From a virus (taxonomy: Duplodnaviria; Caudoviricetes), in IMG/VR virus record IMGVR_UViG_3300032007_000052, positions 30,033-94,032 of that record: DNA of 64,000 nucleotides; one strand, written 5' to 3'. Of this stretch, positions 35,308 to 47,673 are shown piece after piece. The notes under the pieces were generated by a model. It searched no databases, had not been told where the DNA came from, and saw nothing but the letters and a program-made list of their open reading frames with translations. Every line of letters starts with the position of its first letter. Position 1 is the stretch's first letter. The translations under genes were made by a program, and so were the position numbers.

Positions 35308-36558
35308 ATGGTCTATGTACTGAATAAAGACGGACAACCCATAATGCCTACACAAAACCATGCTAAAGTGCGTGTGCTTCTAAAAAACAACAAGGCGAGG
35401 GTTATAAACAGATGTCCGTTTACAATACAGCTTTTATACGAATGTGATAATCAGACGCAGCCTGTATCTCTTGGTATTGATGCAGGAAGCAAACACATTG
35501 GTATATCCGCAACAACAGAAAGTAAGGTTCTTTACGAAGCGGATGTTGAACTAAGGAATGATATTGTTGATTTACTTTCTACAAGACGCGAGGCCCGCAG
35601 GACAAGACGTAACAGAAAGACACGTTACCGCAAACCAAGATTTAATAACAGGGTTTCAACTAAAAAGCAAGGCTGGCTTGCACCTTCAATAAAACAGAAG
35701 ATCCAGTCTCACCTTACGGTTGTTGACAAAGTAAACAAAATACTTCCAGTATCTAAAACAACAGTTGAAGTTGCCTCTTTTGACATTCAGAAGATAAAGA
35801 ATCCTGGCATCAAAAATACAGATTACCAGCAGGGCGAACAACTTGGCTTTTGGAACATTAGGGAATACGTAATGTTCCGTGATGGCCATGTGTGCCAGTG
35901 CTGCAAAGGCAAATCAAAGGATAAAATACTTAATGTGCATCATATTGAAAGCCGCAAGGTTGGTGGTGATGCGCCGAATAATCTTATAACATTATGTGAG
36001 ACCTGTCATACAGGTTATCACAAAGGAAAAATAAAACTTCCTAAAGAAATAAAACGTGGTATGAAGTTTAAAGATGCTACCTTTATGGGTATTATGCGTT
36101 GGGCTTTCTATAATAAGTTAAAAGAATTATACCCTAATGTTAGTTTGACCTATGGGTATATCACAAAAAATACACGCATAGTAAATGGTCTTTCTAAAGA
36201 ACATTTCATTGATGCAAGATGTATAAGTGGTAATCCTAATGCGTCATCTGATGGCATAGTTTATTATCAAAAGAAAGTAAGATGCCACAACAGACAGATA
36301 CACAAACAAAAAATATTAAAAGGTGGAATACATAAGCTTAATCAGGCTCCTTATAAGGTTAAGGGTTTTAGACTTTTTGACAAGGTTCAGTACCAAGGGA
36401 ATGATTATTTTATTTTTGGAAGACGTTCAAACGGATTTTTTGACATCAGAACATTAGATGGCATAAAAGTTAATAAAGGTAGTTTATCTTATAAAAAGAT
36501 AACACTTTTAGAGATGTCACAAAGTTTTCTAACAGAACAAAGAAAGGTAATAGCATAA
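35308..36558 (+). CDS. iscB: CRISPR-associated IscB
   Basis: PIMP, LGIDAGSK, VEVASFD, intact HNH, HFIDA; true start MVYVLNKDG after RBS aaagga. Confidence 0.96.
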   Translation: MVYVLNKDGQPIMPTQNHAKVRVLLKNNKARVINRCPFTIQLLYECDNQTQPVSLGIDAGSKHIGISATTESKVLYEADVELRNDIVDLLSTRREARRTRRNRKTRYRKPRFNNRVSTKKQGWLAPSIKQKIQSHLTVVDKVNKILPVSKTTVEVASFDIQKIKNPGIKNTDYQQGEQLGFWNIREYVMFRDGHVCQCCKGKSKDKILNVHHIESRKVGGDAPNNLITLCETCHTGYHKGKIKLPKEIKRGMKFKDATFMGIMRWAFYNKLKELYPNVSLTYGYITKNTRIVNGLSKEHFIDARCISGNPNASSDGIVYYQKKVRCHNRQIHKQKILKGGIHKLNQAPYKVKGFRLFDKVQYQGNDYFIFGRRSNGFFDIRTLDGIKVNKGSLSYKKITLLEMSQSFLTEQRKVIA

Positions 36559-36625
36559 CCGATAAAGCGATCCTCTCACGATTGAAATCGCGAGTCTCCG
36601 CGCGTGGTAAGCCAAAGGGTTTTTT

Positions 36626-36916
36626 ATGAATATAGAAACATTTAGATGTCCTAACTGTGGTGGGGAAATCAAATTTCTTGATAATAGAGATTTTGTGTTT
36701 TGCTCTTATTGCGGATCGCAAATATATAAAGATGATGGTTCTAAACGAATCCGTTATGATATAAATAAGCGTGTAATTAACGAAAACATTGATTATACAA
36801 AAATGCGTGTTAGCGACAACGAGTTAAAAGACAAAAAGTATACTACAATAATGCTTATTGGGTATCTTGTCTTTAGCATTATAGTTCTAATTTTTATGAA
36901 TCTTTTTGTATTTTAA
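36626..36916 (+). CDS. Zn-ribbon membrane protein
   Basis: CPNCG/CSYCG and C-terminal TM. Confidence 0.7.
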   Translation: MNIETFRCPNCGGEIKFLDNRDFVFCSYCGSQIYKDDGSKRIRYDINKRVINENIDYTKMRVSDNELKDKKYTTIMLIGYLVFSIIVLIFMNLFVF

Positions 36917-37279
36917 AAAGCTCGGGATAGCATGTAAGCAATGCTATCCTGAGTTTTTTTAGAATCATCGGGGTGAAAAAATTCTTAATGTAATATTTTG
37001 TTTTTGAGATTTTTTCTTTCTTTTATTTTTCCCAATTTTTTCAAGTAGACATAATTCTAATTGTTTTTCCACTTTCTTTTTTTGCAATGCAAAAAAGCAA
37101 TACAGTAATAAAAATGTAGAAAATCAATAAAATTGCTTATGATATCTGAAATAATGCTTATTGCTAAACGATATTACGTGGTGTATAATAACAGTAAAGT
37201 TATCTCCTAAAATATGTGTCATATTATTTAAAGGGGCTACGAGGTATTATTTCGTAGCCCTCTCCCCAAAAAAATCGAG

Positions 37280-38006
37280 GTGAAAATGGTTTATCTTGGT
37301 TCTAAAATTCACATTGCTAAATATATTATCCCTATTATTCAAAACTTGATAGATTATTACAACGTTGAAACATATGTCGAGCCTTTTGTAGGTGGATGCA
37401 ATGTGATAGACAAGATTCATGCACCTATAAGAATAGGCAATGACAAGAATAAATATCTTATAGAGATGTTCAGGAATTTAGATAAATTAGATTCGTTTCC
37501 ACTTGATTTATCAAAAGAGGAGTATGACGTTTGTAAACGATGTGCAAAAAAAGATGATGGAAGTCGTGAAGCATGGTATATCGGAGCTGTAGGCTCGTTA
37601 TATTCATACTTTGGAAAAATCTGGGGGGGGGTACTGCTTAAAAGCTCGTGATGACAGGAATTACGTGTCAGAGCACTATAGGAATCTCTTATCTCAGAAA
37701 GAAAACTTGCTAACTGTTGATTTTAGATGTGAAGACTATAGAAATTTAAACATTCCTAATGGAAGTGTAGTATATTGTGATCCACCTTATAAAGATACTT
37801 ATAAATATTTTGGGATGGAAGACTTTGATAGTGACGATTTTTGGGAATGGGTAAGAATTATTTCAAAAGATAATTATGTAATTACAAGTGAAGTTGTTGC
37901 TCCAGATGATTTTAAGGCGATATGGCAGAAAACAGACAATAGAGGAAAATTTAAAGAAAGAAACGAAAAATTGTTTGCATATAGAGGTGGTTTGTATGTT
38001 CCATAA
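37280..38006 (+). pseudogene. Dam-like adenine methyltransferase split at a G9 tract
   Basis: YVEPFVGG in ORF1, YCDPPY in ORF2; G9 at 37623-37631; G8 gives WGGY in frame. Confidence 0.85.
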
Positions 38007-39168
38007 CGTTCGTATTGTTCCACTTGATAGTCCTGGTACATATAGTGTTTACATTGACGATAAAAAAGTTAGAGCAAGTCATGTAAAAGTTGATATTGGA
38101 ATTGATAGGAGTCCAGTTGTAGAGTTAGAGATTCCTTCAAATATTGAATCTGAATGTAATCGTGCATTGCTTAAACTTGATGACACAACAGTTCTTTTGA
38201 ACGTTAGAGAAAAATTAGAAGATGAAAAGTTTAGAAATGAGCTGACAAGGGAAATCAGCAGATATTATGGGACGGATATTATCAGCGAATTAGAAAAAAT
38301 AAAGCATGATTACATACAAAAAAATATTTCTCACAAGAAATATGAATTTACCATTAAAGATTTTCCAAGAGTAGAAGCTGTTGAAAATGATAGTGTTAAT
38401 CCTTTTTACGGGAATTTGTCTTTAGCATGGATGGAAGAGATAGCAAAAGATCTTAGGGCTATAAGAATGAATTTAGACGAAACGTGAGGTGGAAAGAATG
38501 AGTTTGGAAAAGTGGGCTGAAGAAGAAATTAAGATTGCTTGTACAAATGAGAATCCTGACTGGGACGGAAAAAGTTTCGATTATGGATGCAGCATTTATA
38601 TGTCTGCATTAAAAGCTTTTAAAAGCCTATTAGAAGATGGCCATAGTGGTTGTAGTGTTCAGTTTGCCAAACAAATTTTATGTAGACTAATTGATGGAAA
38701 GCCTTTGACACCAATTGAAGATGATGAAGATAATTGGATTAATAGAGGGGATAGAGATTCAAACAGCGGATATGTTTGCTACCAAAATAAAAGGATGTCT
38801 TCACTTTTTAAATACGTGTATGATGACGGGACTATTAAATATTCGGATGTTGACAGAGTTGTTTTGATAGAACCTGATGGTTCGGGGTGGCATAATGGAT
38901 TAGCATCTAGGATTGTAGATGAAATGTTCCCTATTTCTATGCCATATTCGCCAGCTGACAAAGCATATGAGGTACATGTTGAGGATTGTCTTTTTGATGC
39001 AAATAACGGCGATTATGACACAAGACATTTTAAATATATGATTAAACCAGATGGAACAAAGGTTGACATTGAGAGATATTTTGCCGAGAAGAACTGCAAA
39101 TTTGTTGAGATATCTAGGGAAGAATACAAAGAAAGAAAAGCGAATAGTGTTAGATAAATGGGGGATAT

Positions 39169-41896
39169 ATGAGGTTTATTGATTTCTTTGCAGGTGTAGG
39201 TGGTTTTAGAAGGGGACTTGAAAAAGCTGGTCATAAATGTGTTGGATTTTGTGAAGCAGATAAATATGCAACTATGAGTTATACTTCGATGCATTTGATT
39301 ACTGATGAGCAGCGTAAATTTCTAGCTACTTTAGATTTAAAAAAACGTCAGAAAGAAATTCTTAAGGAAGAATACAGAAACGGGGAATGGTATTCTGATG
39401 ATATTAGAAAGGTAAAATTTGATGATTTACCTAAAGCTGATTGTTGGACGTTTGGTGCTCCATGTTTTGTCGCTGGAACTTTAATTACAACTAAAGAAGG
39501 ATATAAGCCGATTGAAGAAGTTAAAAAGGGTGATTTTGTTCTTACTCATAAGAATAGATACAAAGAAGTACTTACCACAATGAAGAGTATCAAAAAAGGG
39601 ATTTATACATTACAAGTTCAGGGTATTCCTGATACTGAGTGTACTGGAAATCATAGGTTTTATGTGAGATACAAACTTAAAAAATATGATAGTGAAACAC
39701 AGACTAGATATATAGGATGGAGTAAGCCTACTTGGAAAATGGTAAAAAACTTTAATGGAAAGGAGTTTATTATTTTTCCTTGTAATTATGAAAGTGACAA
39801 TCCATATAATATCACACAAAAAGAGGCTTGGTTTTTAGGTAGATATTTAGCTGATGGAACTATTTCTGATAATAAAAAAATAATTTGGCTTGTTGGTAAT
39901 GGTAAGATTCCAAGCTTTATGAGAAGAAAAAAATCTCTTGGATATTATCTTGGAAGGTGCATATCCGATTATGAATTTGAATCTTGCAATCCTAGATTAA
40001 TAGATTTATGCAGCAAATTGGGAAAGACAAACGAAAGTAAAACTATTCCACCTTTTATAGAGAACCTTCCGAGGGATATATTAGCGGAATTTATAATGGG
40101 ATATGTCACTAGTCAGCCTGATTTATCTCCAACTGTTTACAAGTTTACTGCAACTAGCAAAGAACTTGCTTGCAAACTAGGACAGATGCTTCAAAAAACA
40201 TATAACATTCCCTATTCGCTTAAGAAAGAGTATTACGTACAACCATTTTTTAAAAAAAGAAATATGTTCTTTTTTGATTTTTGGACTATACATTTTCCAA
40301 AACATAACATAAAAGACTTCAAAGGAAGAATGATTGATGGGAATCTTTGGATGCCAATAAAGAAAATAACCTTCGATGAGAAAAGAGAAGAGGTTGTTTA
40401 CAATATGGAGGTTAAGGATGACAACAGCTACACAGCTAACAATATGGGAGTTCATAACTGCCAAGACTTCTCAATCGCTGGAAAGCGAGCAGGACTTGAA
40501 GGGGACAGAAGTAGTCTCGTTGGAGAAATATTTAGGCTGTTGTGGGAAGCGAGGGAAGAAGATAGACCTGAATGGCTTATCTATGAGAACGTTAAAGGAA
40601 TGCTTAGCTCAAACAGAGGATTCGATTATTTCCACATACTCTCTGAGATGGATCGGGGGGGGGTACGACATTGAATGGGAACTATTCAACTCTAAAGACT
40701 ATGGAGTGCCACAAAACAGGGAAAGGGTGTACACTGTTGGACATCTTAGAAGATTCGGTTCCAGAAAAATATTTCCTATCTGCGGACCAGATGCAGAAGA
40801 TAATTCTATCAAACTAAATCAAATAGGAATGCTTGATTCTGAGAAGATATATAATCCTACAAGATATAGAATTTATGATGATAAAGGACTTGCCCCAACT
40901 ATTACTTCTACAGATGGGCATGGGGGGGAAGAGGTCCACATACAATAATCGAATTTAGTGAGGGGAAAGATGGATGATATTATCTATGAAGGAGATTGCC
41001 CATCATGGCATCAGCGTTCAGGCATTTTAGGAATAGGGGGGGTGGCACGTACATTGACTGCAACAGATTATAAACAACCTATGAGTGTCCTTATCCCTAT
41101 ATCATTTGCTAGAGGTGAGATAGTGAAAGAAATAGATACAGCACATTGCTTACAAGCAGAAGCATTGCAAAAAGAAAGTTTGATGATGAATCAAGAGATG
41201 ACAAAGGTTGTCATGCCTGTTTTAACTCCTGATAGAGTTGAGAAACGTCAAAATGGGAGACGATTTAAGGAATATGGCGAGCCTGAATTTACTTTGACAA
41301 GTCAGGATATTCATGGAGTAGGTGTTGAAGTCAGAGTAGAAGATGTCTCTGGTGCAATGAGTGGTTATGAATATTCCATAAGTGATGGTATTGCTTCTTC
41401 TCTTACTACGTCAGATCAGAGGAAAATATTTGGTTCAAAACAGTCACGTACTATGCCGTGTCTTAAAATACAAGAAGCGACTAAGCAGGGATATTCTGAG
41501 GCTCATGTGGGCGACTCTATTAATCTTTCTATGCCAGATAGTAAAACTAGACGTGGGCGCGTAGGTGGGGGGGTCGCTCAAACTTTGGACACTCAATGCA
41601 ATCAGGGCACAATGAAAGTGATACAGGGGATTGTCCCTAACGAAGAACATCCTGGAATGATGGTGGAGCTTGCTCCAGATTGCCATGTATATGCGGTTTG
41701 GTATGAGAAATATCAATGTTATATTTCGATTAGGAAGCTTACTCCGAAAGAATGCTTTAGGCTACAAGGTTGGGATGATGAATATTTTGAAAGAGCCAGG
41801 TTTGTTAATTCAGATAGCCAATTGTATAAGCAAGCCGGTAATGGTGTGACAGTTAATGTTGTATATGAGATAGGAAAAAGGATTAATGCAGGATGA
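39169..41896 (+). pseudogene. C5 cytosine methyltransferase with intein, split at poly-G tracts
   Basis: DFFAGVGG, PC, ENV, PQNRERV, RKLTPKECFRLQG, YKQAGNGV across three ORFs; G9 40655-40663, G7 40922-40928. Confidence 0.88.
39463..40458 (+). mobile_element. intein with LAGLIDADG-type homing endonuclease region (332 aa)
   Basis: starts CFVAGTLI, ends VHN followed by C; FLGRYLADG motif. Confidence 0.92.
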
Positions 41897-42664
41897 TACA
41901 TTTGTTTTTAGGGTGTTACTTATATGGTTTTTGTGTTTGGTGTTTTTAGCAATAGTAGGATTTTTGATTTAATTCGGAAAGGCGGTGAATATGACGCTAG
42001 TTATGCTTAAGAACAGATGTGCAATTCCTGTAAGTGGGGATATTGTTCAATGGAATGACGATTTTTTAAAAATTTATGATGGTGGAATTTTAAAGGGTGA
42101 GTATAGAGCTGAAGATGTAGCTGGATATAATTTCGTTGATGATGATGAATACGAAGATTACGATTACGAGGATGATGATAATGAAGATAAACTATGGTGA
42201 GTTAGGCGAACTTGTCGAGAAACTTATTCGTATAAAAGATAGGTATGATATGTCACTTCAAGACAGGGATGCTATATCAGATGCTTGTAATGTTATTTAT
42301 CACGAACTTATCGAGAAAAATAGGTGAGAATATGGAATTCATAAAAGATTTTGAAAATGAAATCGGTAAAGAATTCAATAATGATCTATTGGTAAAGGTT
42401 TTAGAGTTCGGAAGGACTATGTACTTAGATGGGTATCATAAAGGTGTTGAAGCTGCTAGAGATTGGATTTCTAATGATATTCCAAACGAAGATGTTAAAT
42501 GGGTACTAACTAAGTTAATGATGAATGGCAGCTTCTATGGAATTGCATTGGGGTATTATGACCGTAGTAAATCTGATTGGTTTTGCCAACAAATCGGATG
42601 GTTAGGAGATTTTAGGAACTTGTTTACTGTTAATTCGTGGTCAGCAATATAGAAAGGATTAGAC

Positions 42665-42970
42665 ATGTGCGAAAGTGAACTTATAACTAAGATCTCAGAT
42701 GATACAGGGTTTGATAAGGAGACTCTTAAATATATTTTTGATATTGCAAAAGACTTTTTTGTAAAAGGAATTATAAGGGATGGTAATGTGATTATCAAGA
42801 ATGTTGGAACTTTCCGGATTGTTGATATACATCCTGGACATGCTTACAACTTTAAAACTGGGGATATTATTAAGATTGATAGGATAAATACTGTACGTTT
42901 TAGGATTGCGGATAGACTTAGAAGACAGGTTAATGAATTTGCGGAGTCATTTACGAAAAGAGACGAGTAA
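42665..42970 (+). CDS. HU/IHF-like DNA-binding protein
   Basis: V.IKNVGTF...YNFKTG..I.I....VRFR. Confidence 0.8.
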   Translation: MCESELITKISDDTGFDKETLKYIFDIAKDFFVKGIIRDGNVIIKNVGTFRIVDIHPGHAYNFKTGDIIKIDRINTVRFRIADRLRRQVNEFAESFTKRDE

Positions 42971-43072
42971 AATACGCATGATATTTTTATCCCTTTTTGG
43001 GGTTTAAATATACTTGTCATTTCTTACCTTTGGGCGGGGCTTTTGCTTCGCCCACTCCCTAGAGGTGGTATT

Positions 43073-44824
43073 ATGAGTCTAAGTGAACTTAAACGTGTTA
43101 TGGATCAGGTAGATATAGCTGCTGATAAATGTCTGACTGATGAAGAAGTGCTTAAATCTTATGTTGTGGGTATGCGAGTTGCTATCTTACGTGAGAACGA
43201 CGTGGAATATGGCTTAGAGATAGGCAAAAAGGCTAAAAGGTATATTGAATCATTTATAAGAGAAAAATCGAATGGTGGCGATTTTAAGTGGCTTGAAGAG
43301 TTTTCTCAGAGGAACAAACATCCTTTTGGTGTGATTGACCAATATTATGAGGTGTTGAAGCTTGAAGCTCCGTTTTTGCTTGATAGTTTTAAGCTGTTTT
43401 TGGAAAAAAATCGTCCTAGGAAGGAAAGGTTCTACGAACCCAGGAGAGGAACACTTTATAGGATTACGGATGCTGTTCAGAGGCTTGAAGAGGACAAGCT
43501 TGATATACTTTTTTTACACCAACCACCGAGGACCGGTAAGAGTGGAGATTTAACAATGGATACGGTTTGGCATTGTAGCAGAGATACTGAAAGGTCAAAT
43601 TTGTATGTCACATATAAGGAAGGCCTAGGGGGAGCTTTTTTACAAGGTGTATCGGAAATTATGATTGATCCGACATACTGTTACAAAGAGGTTTTTCCGG
43701 ATGTAAAGATTGTGTCCACTGATGCCAAGAACAATAAGATGGACTTAGGACGTGTAAAAAAATATAAGACTTTATCTGGAAAAGGTTTGGAATCTGGTCT
43801 AAACGGAGAATACGATGCACATGGATGGATGATTATTGATGATCCATTAGAAGGGATTCAGGATGTTATGTCGAAGGATGTTCTTAGACGTAAACAGGTT
43901 ATTTTTGACAACAACGTGTTGTCTCGTAAAAAGGAAAACTGCAAGGTTATTTGCATGGGTACTTTGTGGGCTACAGATGACTTGTTTATGAATTATCTTG
44001 ACTTTATACAGACTAGTCCTGAGATGAAAGATACAAGATATGAGGTTATTAAGATTCCGGCACTTGATCCTAAGACTGATGAAAGTAATTTTAACTATGA
44101 ATATGGTGTTGGGTTTACTACTAAGTATTATCGAGGGGTTCGCTCTAAATTTGAGAACAATGAGGATTTAGCGGGGTGGCAATGCCAGTATATGCAAGAT
44201 CCGATTGATAGAACTGGTGCAGTATTTAATCCTGAGCATATGAAGTATTACACGTATCTTCCTTCAGGACAGCCGATAAAGGTTATAACTCACGTAGACG
44301 TATCTCTTGGCGGTGGAGACTTTTTATCTATGCCTGTTGTTTATTACTTTGAGAATGATGAAGGTGTTATGGAGGGATATGTTGAAGATGTTGTATTCGA
44401 TAACTCCGAAAAGCAGATTACTCAGCCTGAAGTATTAGCTATGATTAAACGACATAAAATTAAGCATGTTCACTTCGAGGCTAATCAGGGTGGAGAAGCA
44501 TATGCTGATGAGATTAAAAAGATGATTAAAGACGACTCTGATTATAAGGAGGTTTGCAATATTACTTCCGATTGGGCTTTGACTACTAAGAGGAAATTCC
44601 AACGTATATTTGACAATGCAGGTGAAATAAGGGAATTATATTTTAAAGATCCTCAGCATCAAACAATTCAGTACAGAAGGTTTATGAATAATTTGTTTGC
44701 TTTTTCTGAGAATTTGACAAAGAAAGACCATGATGATGCTCCTGATTCGTTGTCGGGGTTGATTGATTTTGAAAAGCATGGAACAGGCATTAGAAAAGCC
44801 AGGATAATTAATAGTCCTATCTGA
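43073..44824 (+). CDS. terL: terminase large subunit
   Basis: PPRTGKS Walker A, MIIDDP Walker B, YMQDP, FEANQGG, HDDAPDS. Confidence 0.92.
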   Translation: MSLSELKRVMDQVDIAADKCLTDEEVLKSYVVGMRVAILRENDVEYGLEIGKKAKRYIESFIREKSNGGDFKWLEEFSQRNKHPFGVIDQYYEVLKLEAPFLLDSFKLFLEKNRPRKERFYEPRRGTLYRITDAVQRLEEDKLDILFLHQPPRTGKSGDLTMDTVWHCSRDTERSNLYVTYKEGLGGAFLQGVSEIMIDPTYCYKEVFPDVKIVSTDAKNNKMDLGRVKKYKTLSGKGLESGLNGEYDAHGWMIIDDPLEGIQDVMSKDVLRRKQVIFDNNVLSRKKENCKVICMGTLWATDDLFMNYLDFIQTSPEMKDTRYEVIKIPALDPKTDESNFNYEYGVGFTTKYYRGVRSKFENNEDLAGWQCQYMQDPIDRTGAVFNPEHMKYYTYLPSGQPIKVITHVDVSLGGGDFLSMPVVYYFENDEGVMEGYVEDVVFDNSEKQITQPEVLAMIKRHKIKHVHFEANQGGEAYADEIKKMIKDDSDYKEVCNITSDWALTTKRKFQRIFDNAGEIRELYFKDPQHQTIQYRRFMNNLFAFSENLTKKDHDDAPDSLSGLIDFEKHGTGIRKARIINSPI

Positions 44825-44982
44825 AAGGCGGTGACTATGGTTGTATTTAAAGCTGTTGTAACAACGTTATTAATTCTAAAAATTATTGCAAGTATGTGTG
44901 TTGGATATGCAGAAAAACAAAGTTCGACTAGGAGGGCGATTTATGCTTTGATGATTGTTGACATATTCGCAGTATTAGCAAT

Positions 44983-45423
44983 ATGGAGGTAGTCATGACG
45001 GATAGAGAGTATTTATCTCAACTAAAAACAATAGATGGTAAAATTCGATATAAGTGTGATGAAGAGCAAAGGTGGAGAGATATTGCAACTAATATGACTG
45101 CTAAGATTTCAGAAAACAAGGTCCAGAATACAAAAAATCCGGACCCATTAGGCGAAGCTATTACAAGAGCTGTCACTTATCAAAGGGAATGTGCAGATCT
45201 TACGATTAAGTTGATAGAGTTAAAACATACAATTACTGATCAGATTGACAGTTTAAATGACGATTTAGCACATTATCTTTTGATTGCATTTTTTATAGAC
45301 AATAAGACGTACAATGATATTTCGGAGGAGAAGGATTGGACATATAATCACACGTTAAAAGAAATCAGAAAAGCAATACTTATGTTCGGGGATAAATACA
45401 GAGAACTTTATAAAGATTTATAA
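44983..45423 (+). CDS. ArpU/RinA-like transcriptional regulator
   Basis: EYLSQ...ID..I, KVQ, C-terminal sigma r4-like HTH. Confidence 0.6.
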   Translation: MEVVMTDREYLSQLKTIDGKIRYKCDEEQRWRDIATNMTAKISENKVQNTKNPDPLGEAITRAVTYQRECADLTIKLIELKHTITDQIDSLNDDLAHYLLIAFFIDNKTYNDISEEKDWTYNHTLKEIRKAILMFGDKYRELYKDL

Positions 45424-45573
45424 ATGTTGAGGCTGTCAGAAATGATAGCCTTTTATTATAAATATGGAAATCACTACTATAATGTGGAATATATAACCTA
45501 GAGTATTGACAAAACAAATAAACGTGGTACTATTATAGTATAACAATTAGCTTTTTTTCAGGGAAGAGGTTAT

Positions 45574-45798
45574 ATGGACGCAACAACAGAATTATTAAAA
45601 GATTATCTTTTAGATAAAGGTATACAATTGAAGAATTTATCGGAAAAGGCAAATATTCCGTATAGTACGCTTAGGGATGTTTTTTGCAACAAAAAAAGTA
45701 AAAGGTCTTTGAGAGCTGCGGAATTCATGAGAATATGTCATTTTTTGGAATTAAACCCTATGAAATTTTATAGTGATAAAATTGAATTAGACGAGTAA
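45574..45798 (+). CDS. XRE-family HTH regulator
   Basis: KGIQLKNLSEKANIPYSTL. Confidence 0.8.
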   Translation: MDATTELLKDYLLDKGIQLKNLSEKANIPYSTLRDVFCNKKSKRSLRAAEFMRICHFLELNPMKFYSDKIELDE

Positions 45799-45819
45799 AT
45801 CTAAAGCGGAGGGGATTGG

Positions 45820-46437
45820 ATGATTAAGTCTAAGTTGAGTTTGAAGCAACCATGTTCCAGATGTTTACTTCAAACTATTGCCCGCATAATAGGAGTTTCT
45901 TTATCAGCCACGACTCTTATATGCTTTGAGGTTTCAACTTACAACTTTTTTAGAAGACCTGAAATTGTAACACATGCATCTTCCAATATACATGTTTTGG
46001 GTAGTGTAAATTTTGAAGATGGCTTACAACAATTTTATTGTGATGTTCAGGCAACACCAATAAAAGAAAGCAAACTACATTTTTCTGAAGCAGATGAGCT
46101 TGCCCTTATGAAGATTGCTAAAGCTGAGCATGGGAATACTGACGCATATGGTCAAGCACTTATCATGATGACAGTTATTAACAGACTTCATAGTAAAAAA
46201 TTTCCAAATTCAATTAAAGGCATTTTGTCTCAAAAGAGACAATTTACTACTGTTTCAAACGGATCATACAAAAAAGCTATTCCAGATAGTACAACTAAGA
46301 AAGCTTTAATCCTTGTTGAAACAGGTAAAGTTAAATCTAAAGCTTTATATTTTGAAGCTTCCTGGTTAAAAGGGAGTTGGCAATCAAAACATAGGAAACA
46401 CCTGTTTGAATATAAGGGTACTAGATATTACAAGTAG
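45820..46437 (+). CDS. SleB-like cell wall hydrolase (Hydrolase_2)
   Basis: IAKAEH, VINRL.S..FPNSI.G...Q..QF, ALYF. Confidence 0.85.
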   Translation: MIKSKLSLKQPCSRCLLQTIARIIGVSLSATTLICFEVSTYNFFRRPEIVTHASSNIHVLGSVNFEDGLQQFYCDVQATPIKESKLHFSEADELALMKIAKAEHGNTDAYGQALIMMTVINRLHSKKFPNSIKGILSQKRQFTTVSNGSYKKAIPDSTTKKALILVETGKVKSKALYFEASWLKGSWQSKHRKHLFEYKGTRYYK

Positions 46438-46905
46438 TCCGTAGGAAATATTTTTTACACAAAATAGCATATACAGAAAAAGTTGTCAACGGATAATGTT
46501 ATTTTTATTAAAAAAGTTCTTATCCATAAAGACTTTTTTCGGAAAGGATGTCATGAGAAAAAGATCTAACGTAACAAGATATGAAGGATTTTCGGTTTTT
46601 TCAGGCAGACCAACTGAATGTTTTCATCATTTGCTATTTGGAAAAGGGGTTAGGAAACTCGCTGATGATGATTTAATTACAATTCCACTTTTACACTGCG
46701 AACATAATATGTCAATGAATGGAGTGCAATATCAGATTCATGATAATCCGGCGGCAGAAAAACTTTCTAAAATTGCCGGACAGCTTGCTTATGAAAGACT
46801 TTATCTTGCTAGAATGTTGGAACAATGTGATAACGTCGGACACCAAAGCTACGAGGATTGGTTAGACGAGGCCAGAGAGGACTTTAGAAGAAGATACGGA
46901 GAGAG

Positions 46906-47319
46906 TTGGCTATGATTTACAAGGTTATTATTAGCGGTAAAAATCATGGGAATCACACTGCTCCTGGATGGAATGATAGGATAGCTGCAAGTGCGAGACA
47001 TCCATTACAAGGGTCAAGAATGGAAAGTGATTTTGTAATGGTATGTGCAAATGCTATTAGAATGCAACTTAAAGATGTCAAGATAAAAGTTCCTGTCAGT
47101 ATTAGATACGTTTTTTACGAATCTGACAGACGAAGAGATTTGGGAAATATTGATTATATCGACAAACCTTTTTCTGATGCTTTACAGGTTGCAGGATATT
47201 TAAAGAATGATGGTCAAAATGAGATAAAAAAACTTACTTTTGAACTTGGAGAAACTGATAAGAAGAATCCAAGAATAGAAATATTCGTCGAGGAGATTAC
47301 TGAAAATGATGGACTTTGA
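46906..47319 (+). CDS. RusA-like Holliday junction resolvase
   Basis: RRRDLGN..K...DAL....L.ND, NPRIEI. Confidence 0.8.
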   Translation: MAMIYKVIISGKNHGNHTAPGWNDRIAASARHPLQGSRMESDFVMVCANAIRMQLKDVKIKVPVSIRYVFYESDRRRDLGNIDYIDKPFSDALQVAGYLKNDGQNEIKKLTFELGETDKKNPRIEIFVEEITENDGL

Positions 47320-47673
47320 ACTATTTATGAAAGTTTGTAATGCTCTTAAAAACACAAAAAATATTGAAGAGAGTCTGAAGAAGTTTCCAAAGGCTTTTGA
47401 TAAACTATCCAAAGAAAATAATTTTGAGGATATGTCTAGGGTTATTGTGGCTCTTGATATATTTACAACAAGTCTTAAGCCTATTGTAGATAAGTATTAT
47501 TCAGATGATGCGGATGTTTTATCAGACGAGGAATTTTATAATAGACTAAAGGAATTGCTTAAACGTATGGATCAATAAGCTTTTTGGTTGGGAATTTATA
47601 TCACAGTAAAAACCAACTTCAAACATATGATTTAAAAGTCCTGGGTCTCTTGACTCAGGCGAAAGGAGTGTTT

